From: Paraspadella gotoi
Taxonomy: Eukaryota > Animalia > Chaetognatha
Reading direction: 5' to 3'
Assembly (NCBI GenBank): GCA_051294375.1
Contig: CM119265.1
Location: 6,081,309-6,145,308 of the forward strand
Length of the DNA stretch: 64,000 nucleotides
The position numbers and the translations under genes were made by a program. Positions 1 to 11,690 of the stretch are shown one piece after another; positions within the stretch are counted from its first letter, which is position 1, and each line of letters opens with the position of its first letter. The notes beneath the pieces are model-generated. The model was not told where the DNA came from and ran no database searches. It was given only the letters and a program-made list of their open reading frames with translations.

Positions 1-173
1 GGTTTAAAACAAATTACGATTCGCGGCGGGTGCGTGCAACTGGTTTTTCATTCGCGATTCTTCGATTGAAATGACAAAAGACTTTGCGGCCTGGGTCGCG
101 CGAAACTCTCACTGATTTATCGACGACGCTCGGGAAGCCGTCCTTCCTATTAATTGCCAATTTCGGGAAGAAT

Positions 174-3100
174 ATGGCTTTACAAGGGGTTGAAGAGATG
201 AAGGTTCCGCCGAACTGTAAGGTAGTATGAATTGTATTTTGACATATTTTTACTATTTATTATTATTGTATTTTATGATCTAACGTTCTTCTCGTCAGTC
301 CCTTCTCGAAGACGACATATCCAAGGATGAAATCATCAGGAGGCTCAAACTCATCGCCAAGGCCTTCCAGGAAATGGGCCAGGATGATACGGAAAAGTAC
401 CCCGACCTCGCTCATCACTTGGCCACAGAATTTTACATGGATCATCATTCGAAAGATGTCAAGCTTTTGGTCGCTTGTTGCATCGCTGATATTTTTCGGT
501 TGGTCAAATTTCTATCTATGATAAGATTTCCCGATCGTATTATTTATTCAAAACATCCATATACCTAAATGGTATATCTAACTTGATAGTTTTTTAATTC
601 TGTCTTGTCTTTTAAATAATATTTCTTTATCAGTATCAACGCGCCTGAGGCCCCCTACGTTGATCCTCTCCACTTGAAGCACATTTTCATGTTCATCATT
701 TCGCAATTGCGCGGACTGGAGCACACGCAGAGTCCGCTATACAACCGATACTTCTACCTTTTGGAGAATCTCGCTTGGGTCAAGTCCTTTAACATCTGTC
801 TGGACTTGGAGGACAACCAGGAGATATTCTGCAATCTCTACAAACTTATCTTCTCAATCGTCGGAGACTCTCACAGCGTCAAAGTCAAGAACTTTATGCT
901 TGACATGATGTGTCCCTTGATTACAGAAGCAGATATGGTCTCCCAAGAACTTCTCGACGTTATTTTGTCCCAGGTGGTTCAAAGATCATACTTATTAGTT
1001 AATGTATCATCGTCTTATTCTCTCGTTTTACACCATTTTCAAATCCAAAAAAAAGATTGTGGTTTTAAAATGTATTTATTAATATTTTGTGCAGATCGTC
1101 GGCCCGGCTAAAAAGGCCAACAAACACGCTTGCGCGCTCAGCAAAGAATTACTAAAGAGAACTGCGAACGCTATCGAACCCTACATCCAGGGTTTTTTCA
1201 ACAACGTACTAATTTTGGGAAAAACTTCTGAATCTGAAGTCTCCGATTATTTGTACGACTTGATCTATGAGCTGTATCAAGTATGTTATTAACGATTTAA
1301 AACAATTTTTGGAGATTCCTCATCAGCGTAACTTTTGTTTCGCCTTGATATTTACAGATAGCTCCCACCGTCTTGAACGCAGTTCTTCCACAGCTTGAAT
1401 TCAAGCTCAAATCCAGTGAAGACAGCGAGCGGAGGTAAAAACGAATAAAAAATACTAATTTGTTAATGTTTTCTTTAAAGGTTTAATATAAATACCTTTG
1501 TTGACATTGTTTCTAATAGTAACTAAAACCAAAAAAACTTGAACCATAGATCGGTGACGAAATTATTGGCGCGCATGTTTTCCGATTTGGGATCGCAGTT
1601 AGCTACCCAGAATCCTCCTTTGTGGTATTGTTTTCTTGGTCGCTTCAACGACATTTCTCCAGGTAATAAGCACGTCAAAATTTTATTATTTAATAAGATA
1701 AATTTTAGAGGATGAATTGTTAAGATTTGTTACCTGTTGTGTTGCGTGTTTATAGTTGATAATTGATAAATGATGACAAACTGCGCAAAATCTGAGCGCT
1801 CCGTTGTTTTTTTCGCCCGCTTGGGCTTGAGAAAAATCACGTCGAGCTCATGATCTTATCTTTCTCTGAATTCTTCCGCAGCACGTAATTTCCTCTTTGA
1901 TTATTTTTGCTCAAATCGTTTCATGAATTAATTTCTCTCGTTCAGCCGTACGTATTATCTGCATCCAGTTTTCACTCCATTTTTTGCTGAATCAACCGGA
2001 GTTAGTCAAAGAGATCGCAGAACCCTTGAAGGTAAATCCCACCCGCCCTGTTTACAAACGAAAATACAATCCACGATCAAGTACTTCATCGACTTATGGT
2101 TTTAGGCTCGTGGTCACGATGCGGAAGAAAACGTACGCTGGGAGGCGGTCTTGTCGATCGTCGCCGCCGCCAAAAAGGATTTCAAGTGCGTCCCCGACGA
2201 GATTCTGCAGGTCATCAAAGAGAGAACTCTCGACAAGCGTTTCAAGATTAGAAAGGAGGCGTTGCAAGGCTTGGGTATGTCGCCCTTATCGTAATGAAAA
2301 GAAATTTCCATTACTGACATGCCCTGAATGTTTTGTTCGCGATGGATGGATAGGTCATGTCTACAGACGTGTCGTTCATGCCGACGAGCCCGATGCCAAA
2401 GATCAGAAAAGGGTCTCCTGGATCCGAAACAAAATCATGCATCATTATTATCAGGTTGTTTGAATTAAATAATAAATACGTATTGATTTATATTTTCTCC
2501 GTCGATACATAAGCATTATTGCAAACTAATTTTGTTTAATAGGTTAACATCGAGGATAAACTTTTGGTGGAACGATTGGTCACTACTTGCCTCGTTCCTT
2601 ACAATTTCCCGCCCGAAGAGAAACAAAAAAAGCTCTTTGAACTCTATGTCAGCCTCGATGAAAACGCTCGTAAGGCCTTCGGCGAGATGTTCAGGTATTG
2701 TCTCGGTTTGTGGTTGCCGTTTATACTTACTACGAAATTATTCCCACCTCCTTTGTCAGATGTCAGCACATGATGCGCGAATACACAAAGCAGTTGTTGG
2801 AAGACGCCGCCGATACTTCGCAGTCGGCGACGGAGGAAGAAAAAGTCGAGAACGAAAAGACCCTTACGAGAACCTTTATCTCCATCGCGCGCAACCTGGC
2901 AGACCCCATGCGCACTCAAGATCACATGAAAAAGTATGACTCAAAAGAAGATACTATTGAATTAGTTTTGCGCCAAGTAATACTAATATTTTTTTTTCGA
3001 GGTTCCACGAATTACTGCGCTCAGACACCCAAATGCAGAATCATCTCCACACCATACTTGCTCTCGAGTGCACAGTACGACTGGCAGAAGAATGCGGGAG

Positions 3101-6100
3101 AGAGATATTGCGCAAGATGGGAAATCCCACCACTACCAATCTCTTTTATCACTGCATAAAGTAAGACCTTACGAGCGGAAGTGTTTATCAACGCGAATTG
3201 AACGCTGTTAATTCTTTTTTTTTTTTTTTCAGAGCTCTTTTGGAACGAATCTCTCCCGTGCTCGTCGACAAGCCCAATTTGTTGGCTCTTCTTCGCCTCG
3301 TTGACAACGAAATTCGCGGAAATCGTGAATTGAACGCTGTTTCATCTCCCGGCAACCATGGTCTGCTGGGAATGCAACTTTTACTGGCTCTGGCCACGCC
3401 CTATCCGGGCGCCTTCCGAAACGAAGAGTCCTTTGGGTGAGTCAATTTTCAGCATTTAACCACAAACGAGGTTCGCGTTTGGGGAGTTTGCTTAAAGCCA
3501 ATATAAAAATTATTTGACTCAGGATTCTCCTCGGAATTCTCAAACAGAAGCAATCGGAGTTGCAAGATTACTCTTTACAAATCATCAGCCTCGTCGGAAC
3601 CCAGTTGCAACTTATTTTCCCGAACGTCTCTTCGCAGATGTTTCCTATCCTTCAAGATAAGATCAAAAATGGAACTCCGAGAGGTGATGATAAAGCTTTT
3701 TTTTCCGAAAAAGTTTAATTCCAACTGTTTCTTACTCAACCTCTCGACAGCTTCCAAGTTCTCCATTCGCGCCTTTGCCCAAATCTACGAAGGCCTGGCA
3801 GAAACGATGTTAGAACCTATTTTCGCGCTGGTCAAAGACTCCCTTTCCCACGACAACCCCAATTTGGAGACGCTTATTTGCGCTCTTGGACATCTCACTC
3901 TTGCCTGCCCTGAAAAGTTTGGGCCCGACATGAAAGGCATAGTCGCCAGATTCATCGTCAAGGAGATACTCATGCAAGACAGGTTAGGCGATCTAATTTG
4001 TTTCTTGTGAACTCCCAGGTGTTTACAGATTTATTATCGAGGAAAAAATATATATTGGTTGTACCAATTTCATAACACGAAACTATTTTTAGAACCCCCG
4101 CCAATCCCGAAGACCCGAAGAACACTCAGTCCTTCGTTCAGCCCGAAAACCTTTCTCGAGAGACGAAACTTAAGATTCAATCCATGAAGATGCTCGCGCG
4201 ATGGTTGTTGGCCATCAAGGGCATGCACGGGGCCAGGCAGTCTGGTAAATAAATAAAAATGTTTCTCGTGTTGTTATTGATTAATATTAACAACAATCTC
4301 GGCATTCCTGAATCCAGGCCAATCTACTCTTCGTCTGCTTCACACCATGATTCTCCACGAGGGTGACCTTATGGAGCGAAAGCGAATTCCCAAGGGCGAG
4401 TTGGCGGCCCTGCGTCTCGTCGCCGGCCAGACCGTTTTAAAGCTCGCTACCGAAAAAATATACGAGCATCTTATTGATCACGTGAGTATTACGGCTAAAA
4501 TCGGTGTAGAAAAGTATTGATGATGGTCGCCTGATGACATCACTGCGCAAATCTGATACCGCCGACGTTCTTTTGTTTTCATCCTCGTCTTCCGTTTTCG
4601 ACGTCATCGGTGTGCGTTTTGATTTTTCGCGATTCTGCGGATTGTTGACGCGATCCAGATGTCGTCGATTTTGAAGTGACAGGATAGAATCGAAGAACTC
4701 CGGTCATGATCTCGCTCTTTTATTTGAAACTGAGTACATTTTTTGCTCTTATGTCATTTGTCATTTTCTTAACTTTTTTTAATTGGAAAGATTTCTTTCT
4801 TAAAATTAGGACAAATTCCAAGTGATGGCGCTTCTCATCAACGATCCGTCGAACGACGTCAGAACTCGCTTCATGAGCAAACTCCACAAGGGCCTCATGT
4901 CTCTTAAGCTGCCGCTTCAGTACCTTTCCATATTCTCTCTGTCCGCTAACGACCCTGTCAAGGAGAACAAAATCCACGCCAAACGTTGTCTAATTCAGGT
5001 AACGGGACATATTGTACTTTTAAGCTGTATGCTCTTACGACTCAAGAATTAACGAAATATTCTTTTATTTTGAAGAACATCACCAAACGACGGGAGATGA
5101 TCAAGATGAACAACTCGGCGGCGACATCGATGCCACACATCCTCCCTGATTACGTTCTCCCCTACACCATCTTCCTCCTCGCCCACGACCCCGATCTGAC
5201 GCATCATCGCGATGTCAACGCTCTCAAAAACATTCAGGACTGCCTCTGGTTCATGCTCGAGCCTCTCATGAAGAACGAGAGTTACTCTTACAATTTTTTC
5301 AGGTTGCTTGTCTTAAAATAAGAAGCTTAGCATTTCGTCAGCTACAAGTAACCTATTCCAAAAAACTATTCTAGAAAAATGATCGAGAACATAAAGCAGT
5401 GTCGGGATGCCACGAAACCGAATGACGTCGAGGCAAACAACAAACTCTACTGCGTGTGCGACTTGGCGCTTCACCTCATTATGAACAAACCCCACTCCAT
5501 TGTTTTAAAGGTTAGATTTTTTTATAAGTCACTTGTAGTTTGTTTGTTTCTTGTAGTTGCGATAGATGAGTGTAATATATGTAACTCTACTTTTAGGATC
5601 ATCCGGTCGATCCAATCTTGCCTAAGAGACTCTATACTAGAAGCGATAGCGACATTCCCAACACCAAAATGTATCTGCCGACGGATTTCATGGGTAATTA
5701 ATAATTATTTACGTATTTTTGGGATGGGATTTTATGATTGTGAACATAGGAATTTTTTATTTTTATATATTTTTATTTACCAATGGCAATGTATTATTTT
5801 TCTAATTAGGCGGAACGAAAACCCCAATTTCTCGGTCAACGAGAAGAGATGAGGACAAAAACTGGCAAGGGCTCAGGGTTAATCAAGGCTCTGTTCTAGC
5901 GAACACGAAAGTAAGAGCTGTTCGAAAGTCAATAGATGTAGATGTTTTTTTTATTTTTTTATTTACATAGATAATTATTGCGTAATTTATATATCTATTT
6001 TACAGGAAAGCGCCGCTTTTAGTTACACCGGTTCTTCAAAGACTTATGGCAAATTGCTAAAGGAAGAGAACGAGAGTAAGTTGGAAAGTGGAATTAGGAA

Positions 6101-7403
6101 ACTCTTGCTTCTTAACAAGAAAGTTTTCTCCCATCAGGCAATACTTCTCTCATCGCGAAAAACGGCGTTAGTGAAAAATTCGAGGTGGAGACCGTTTCTT
6201 TCGACGCGGCCAAAAACAAAGAGGATCGAACCTTCGTGCGAAAACGACCCTTTTTGGACACCATTGAGTCGAGCCAGTCCAGTCAGTCGAGTTAGTAGCG
6301 AAACTTCTTCCCCTCCCCGGTTCGATTTACGCAGTTGGTAATTTTCAGCAATGTTATATTCTTTTTCCAGGTTCCTCAAGCCAGGCCGCAGTCTCCGAGA
6401 CTCCTCCCTCTCCCAAAAAAGTGCGTGAGGCAGACGCGGCCGCGGCGGCGACGCTGGCGGGCATGGCCCCGACTTCAACGGTTGTCATGACCTCCGATGG
6501 GATCATGACTAACAATCCGTTAATCGCGACGGACGCGTCGCCGGAGAAGGTAATTATAAGTCAGTATTTTGGGGCGTGATAATTTTCACATCTGTTTCTT
6601 ATTATTTATGCACAGCCACAAGTCTCGGATGGTCAGGAGCAACTTATCATGGTCCCCAACACTCACGCCATAATCCAGGGCGATGAATCCACCATACATC
6701 ATATCGACGCCGAACAGCTCCAACAACTGATTCAGCAGCAGCAACTGCAGCAACAGGCGACGGGTGGAGAGGGCGGTCAAATGACGGTGGTGGAGATGCA
6801 AATCGACGTGGGCAACGGGCAGACTTCCACCGTGGGGATCCCCGTTGATCCTAATACGCACCAAGCGGTTGTGTCGCAAGGTGGCGTTATGACCACTTTG
6901 GCTGGGCTCAGCGCAGTAGACCTATTGACGCAGGTCAGTCCCGATAAGTCCCTTTGGTTTCTTTCTGGACTCAAAATAGAATGTAAAGATTATTTATGTT
7001 TTTACCCTCCCTTTTCCAATTTCAGCAGGCGGCCAGCACCATCGTGACTTCCGGCACCGAGGCCACCATGGAGGCCCAAAACCCCTCGGAGCTCGTGTTC
7101 ACGACGATGACGGACGCCAACGGCATGGAGGCCATGACCCTTGGCCCGGACACTCAGATCATTACCACCGTAGACGGAAGGCAACTCGCCGTGCGCAACG
7201 GAGTTATTCAGGGCGAGGTGCAACTGGCCACTGCGGCCGACGGCGCCGGACTTCACTCGGGAATGACCACAGTCATACTCAAGGATCCCGAGGAGATGGA
7301 GCCCATCGTTTCCTCGGCCGAGGGGCACACCATCTTGACTAACGAGGAAGGAATTCCCGTGGCGGTGACGACGGCGGACAACGGACAAACCCTGACGCAA
7401 TAG
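174..7403 (+). CDS. PDS5: Sister chromatid cohesion protein PDS5 (multi-exon, >20 short introns) with a Q/T-rich C-terminal extension
   Basis: Spliced translation gives [16 protein letters not shown]|[17 protein letters not shown]...[50 protein letters not shown] and [10 protein letters not shown], all typical of PDS5A/B. Exon 1 is 174-221; last exon about 7026-7403. Internal boundaries traced by hand. Confidence 0.95.
1761..1873 (+). ncRNA. Intronic box C/D guide RNA, U91/SCARNA17-like, copy 1
   Basis: C box ATGATGA 1770-1776; guide ACTGCGCAAAA 1780-1790; D' CTGA 1792-1795; hairpin GCTC..GCCC-gctt-GGGC..GAGC about 1798-1847; C'-like ATGATCT 1850-1856; D CTGA 1866-1869. Lies in PDS5 intron 1663-1945. 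Confidence 0.75.
4514..4737 (+). ncRNA. Intronic box C/D scaRNA-like guide RNA, U91/SCARNA17-like, copy 2
   Basis: C-box motifs TTGATGA 4517-4523 and CTGATGA 4531-4537; guide CACTGCGCAAA 4541-4551; D' CTGA 4553-4556; long imperfect hairpin about 4558-4704; C'-like ATGATCT 4706-4712; D CTGA 4730-4733; GTAT/GTAC terminal stem. Lies in PDS5 intron 4482-4809. Confidence 0.8.
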
Positions 7404-8160
7404 GGTGGGGGGGGGGGAAATAGCCCGAGACTGGATGCTCCGTAGGAACTAGAAAGTCATCGAATGCATTTTTTTTAAATCCGTACTTTCCGACAATTTC
7501 TTAATTTTCATATTTTTTCTTTTGCTTCCGTATTATTGTTTTCGTGTCAATGCGTTTTTTAAAATCTTTCGTTATGTACGTGTAATAAGTGCAGATGTAC
7601 ATTGGGCGAATCCAGTCTTGTATTCCATGATACGCCCGACTTCGAAATTGTTTAAAAAAATCACGTTACTATTCTATTACATTGTGAATACATACAGGTT
7701 AGATAATAGCGATCAATTGTAGCCGGTGTTCTAGTAGACGTGTAAAATTTTCTCCCATTTCGAAGTCTCGTTCCACTTGTTTACGGTAATGTCTTTTTGA
7801 TTGCCACGGATTTTGAATTTGTTTCACATTTTATCATCACTATTTACATTCGTAAAAATTTAAAGAATTGTTTGTATGGGCCTTCCGCATTAAAATCTGT
7901 CTACAAATGAGCAACAGTCACATATGTAAAAGCCTTTGGATCTATTTATTAATCAGGGAAGATGCTAATCGATGCGTAGCTTGCTAAAACTGCACATTGG
8001 ACTTTTGACAGAACGTCTTTGAAGCAGCACTTACAATGTTATCATGAATTAAGCTTTTTTGATTCCATTACTAGCAGTTTTGGCTGACTTTTAACGTTTT
8101 ACATCATACAGACAGCTTGTTAATTTTGGTTCATCTCAGCTTTCCTAATTTACACGAGTC

Positions 8161-8853
8161 ATGGCGACCTTAGGATTGCCGGTTCCCGAAGCCAACGTTC
8201 TTTCTACTGAGCCTGAGGCGTCCATCTCGATGGACGGGTCTCCCTTCTACAAGGGCCGCCTCGTTGTCGCGGAAAGTCGTCTCATCTTTGTCGTCCCCCC
8301 CGGCGAGACTCTCTCCGTCGACTACAACAACATTTGCCTTCATGCCGTCGAATCCGCCAATGAGACATTCTCCAAGTGTATTTTTCTTCTTCTCAATTCG
8401 AACCATGGCGAGACCGAGGAAGAAGATGATACAGAGGAAGAGGATGAGGCGGAAAACCCACTCGAGAAAATTATTAAAGATAAATCTTCCGAGTCTTCGC
8501 CTCACCATGGATTGCGCGAGAATGTCACGTCGATTCGTATTCTCGTGCCGGAATCCCACTTGATTAAGATTTACGCCGACATCACCGATTGTGCGGTTTG
8601 GCACAACCAGGAAGACGATGTCAGCGATGAAGAAGAAGACGAGGAACAAGACGAATTCGATTCTGAGGAAAACGAGGATGAATTGGGCGAGAGCGAAGAT
8701 TCGATGGAATTAGGTCACGTGAACGTCGCAATGTCCAACTCTTTTCCCGCCGACGAAGACATGACTTCGAGCGGAAGGCGAATCCTGCGTCATCTCGAGT
8801 CCATCATGGTTCGCGCCGAAAGTAATTTGCCCGACCTTGGACTGCAACACTGA
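8161..8853 (+). CDS. CLNS1A: Methylosome subunit pICln (Voldacs/PH-like domain), intronless
   Basis: GRLVVAESRLIF...LSVDYNNICLHAV...KCIFLLL, an acidic tract, IRILVP..LIKIYADITDCAVWH, a second acidic tract and C-terminal ILRHLESIM follow the pICln layout. Confidence 0.85.
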   Translation: MATLGLPVPEANVLSTEPEASISMDGSPFYKGRLVVAESRLIFVVPPGETLSVDYNNICLHAVESANETFSKCIFLLLNSNHGETEEEDDTEEEDEAENPLEKIIKDKSSESSPHHGLRENVTSIRILVPESHLIKIYADITDCAVWHNQEDDVSDEEEDEEQDEFDSEENEDELGESEDSMELGHVNVAMSNSFPADEDMTSSGRRILRHLESIMVRAESNLPDLGLQH

Positions 8854-8948
8854 TCAAGTTGCACCAACAAGGATCTTTATTTTATTCCGTTTTATCTTTG
8901 GATTAAATATTACTGCTTTTAATTTTTAAAAATTACACAAGAGAACTA

Positions 8949-9662
8949 CAGGGGTGGAACTCTATATCTAGACAAAACTTAACGTTCTGCCCAGTCTGAA
9001 CGATTTGAGATACAATAATAAAATGAGTGGCAAAAGTTTTTTCTGTTATATACATGGAAACCAAATAAATTTTTAAGCTATGACAGTATTATATCTTATC
9101 TTCAATTCACCTGATTTTAAACTTTTCTTCACTATCCAAATTAAACCTATTTAATTGTTTTCAGGTAAGTAAAACAAAATTTTAGGAAGATTTCTTACCG
9201 TTTTGACCCTTTTATGATGCATTCAGAAATCTTATATGATTAATTTAATTATCTGACAATATCGTTAATAATTTCTTAAATTAAATTAAGTTTTAATAAA
9301 AATTAAACTATAACAGTAACTTACCCGAACCTTACATGCTTACTTCAATTTTTTTTAAACCAAAATGCAATGTACACCTTGCTAGAAGCATTTTATACTA
9401 CAAAGAAGTACTTTCATAAATATTTTTAACTCTTATGTCTTAGAATGAGATTAAACAATAAGCATTCAAACATTTTTTTTCCAAACCGCGCTGTTGCCTT
9501 TGCTGCTTTAAAAAAAGCATATCAGAGAATTTCAAAAGAATTAATATATCGTCTAAAAGCTAAGAAATATAATACGAATATTTATTCGGATTTTAAGAAT
9601 GAATAAGTATTTTACTGTAATGATTTTTTAAGATTTTGTCTAGATATATGGACCCACCCCTG
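8949..9662. mobile_element. Tc1/mariner-type MITE (family M1)
   Basis: TA|CAGGGGTGG..TATATCTAGACAAAA at the left end and TTTTGTCTAGATATA..CCACCCCTG|TA at the right end; TA target duplication; second copy at 21368-22223. Confidence 0.85.
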
Positions 9663-9699
9663 TATATCTATCTGTTCCTCTTTACTTTCTTTTACAGCC

Positions 9700-11190
9700 A
9701 TGGGGATCAAAGGATTATGGCCCCTTTTAAAATCGGCAGGTCGACCAGTTCAACTCTCGGACCTCAGCGGTCTGATTTTGGGTGTTGACGCTCCCGTCTG
9801 GGTTTTGCAAGCGAAGCGAAACTTTCATCCTGTTTTGCGCCTGTTTATTTGGCGCATTTCTAAGTTGCTCAGAGTCGGGGCTCGTGTCGTCGTCGTTTTC
9901 GACGGACGAAAACCAGATTTGAAATCGGAAACGATCGAAACGCGAATGTTAAATGCGCGACGTTACTATTCCATCAAGCCGAAAAGCATTCGTCCCGATC
10001 TCAAAGACGATGCTTTGTCGAAGACGAGTTTAAACTTGATGAGACTCTTGGATAGCATGGGCATACCCTGGTTGCGAAGCGAGGGCGAGAGCGAAGCCTG
10101 TCTCGCCAAAATGAACGCGAGCGGAGTTGTGGACGTCGTCCTCACCGGTTTTTTTTTTTTTTTTTGTTTTGTTTTTTTTTTTTTTTTTTACATTCTAGAA
10201 CAGAAGATTTTTTTTTCTCGAAGTTGGCCGTGGACGGAGGGGTGGGGGGGTGAGTGACAATCTTTAATAACTTATAGATAAAAAAAATAACGATCGTTGA
10301 AAATGAAATCGACATCTATTGGCCAAGATATAACAGTTATATTAATGAGACTTAGAACGTAGTAACTTATGAAAAATTTCCTTAGTGAAAAAATCTCCTG
10401 TTTCTTTAATTAAAAAGAGGACATTGATGCCTTTCTTTTTGGCGCAAACCGGGTTTTACGAGGATTTACCGTCGACGAAAAAAAAAACCAAATGCTTTTA
10501 TTTGACGCGTGCGATCTCAAAGCTCGTCTCTCTATCAATCGCAAAAAGCTCGTCGCTCTCGCTCTCTTAACTGGATGCGACTATCTGCCTCGCGGAGTGC
10601 CGGGGGTAGGGCTCTCGAGGGCATTTCGGTTCTTAAGCTCTTTATCGAATGACGTCGACTCTTTAGAACGGTTGCGCCAATGGAGATCGCTGACTACGAC
10701 GGAGGAAGAGGCGCCCGTGGTGGAGCGTAGATCCGCTCGTTTGAGAATTGCTAATAAGCCGAAAAATAATTTTCGGCGATGGTCAGCGACTGACACTCAA
10801 ACGCGATCCAATCTCGAGATATCAATTGCCAAGTTGGCGTTGCTCGACCCTCGCTTCCCCGACGAAAACGTGATCGTCGCCTTTATGGGCGACAATCGCG
10901 GCGTGGAAAGTGAAACTGATCTCGCGCGTCGCCCGGTTTGGCACGAACCCAATTTTGGTGCTTTTCTCGATATAGTGACGAAAAAACTGCGTTGGAGTGA
11001 GGTGGAAATTAGGCGAGTCTTCGCGCCTCTTCGTCTTAAGTGGAAAAAGGAAAATGGTGAAACTCGCGGAGGCTGGAGACGATGCGAAATTTGCGACGCC
11101 AGGCTATGGTTTTCTGATTATAGGGAGCACGTTAAGGAGAAACATTTGTTGGATTGCGAGGTCGTTGTCGAAAAGAATATGACTATATGA
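9700..11190 (+). CDS. GEN1: XPG/Rad2-family flap endonuclease / Holliday junction resolvase, GEN1-like (exons 9700-10147 and 10418-11190)
   Basis: MGIKGLWPLL, GVDA, VFDG, GESEA, T(E)DIDAFLFGA across the splice and LLTGCDY-GVPGVG (H3TH); the acidic active-site positions are retained. Confidence 0.85.
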
Positions 11191-11424
11191 GTATGACCTC
11201 AGAAGTATGAGTGTCTTTTGTTTTTCCAAGAGTTTTCCGACGGTGTTTTGTCATTATTAAGTTGAAGAAAAAAAACTGTCTGTTCATTTTGTCACCAAAT
11301 GCGGATGTTAAGAATTATATAATTTCTCTAGAAAAAGTAATTTTAACCTTAAAGTTATTAGTATTATGAACATATAATAAAAATACAGTAGCATCCGTCA
11401 AGAATTTCTCAGAGGGCAAGCTCT

Positions 11425-11690
11425 ATGAAATTGGTACAACCAATATAAAAATTATCCATTCATTTAATAAATAAGCTATCTTGCCCCTGACTTTGGACAG
11501 GCTTTGGTGGTTTAAGGCCTCCATCACTCTTACAAGATAATGACATAGCAGGTCCCTGCAAGCTTTCAATCAAGACTCTCTCACAGTCTCGTTTATTCAC
11601 TCCCAGAGTACCTGGCTTCCCTATCAATGAAGTGGAAAATATTTCAAAGAATGTTTCAATTGTATGAAAAGACCACTCCCTTAAGTATTC
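11425..11690. repeat. Dispersed repeat family R1
   Basis: GAAATTGGTACAACCAATATAAAAATTATCC...GACTTTGGACAGGC recurs at 26268-26446 (same orientation) and 48932-49195 (inverted). Its terminal motif occurs alone at about 4050, 30730 and 48853. Confidence 0.85.

Noticed and set aside
1856-1866. D-box guide of copy 1 as a U12-targeting element, as in mgU12-22/U4-8
   Set aside because: Complementarity to the recalled U12 sequence is only weak and mismatched, so it cannot be supported without the species' U12.
3196-3341. 15-nt GAATTGAACGCTGTT repeated in a PDS5 intron and the next exon
   Set aside because: A single short direct repeat with no further structure; not enough to infer a mechanism.
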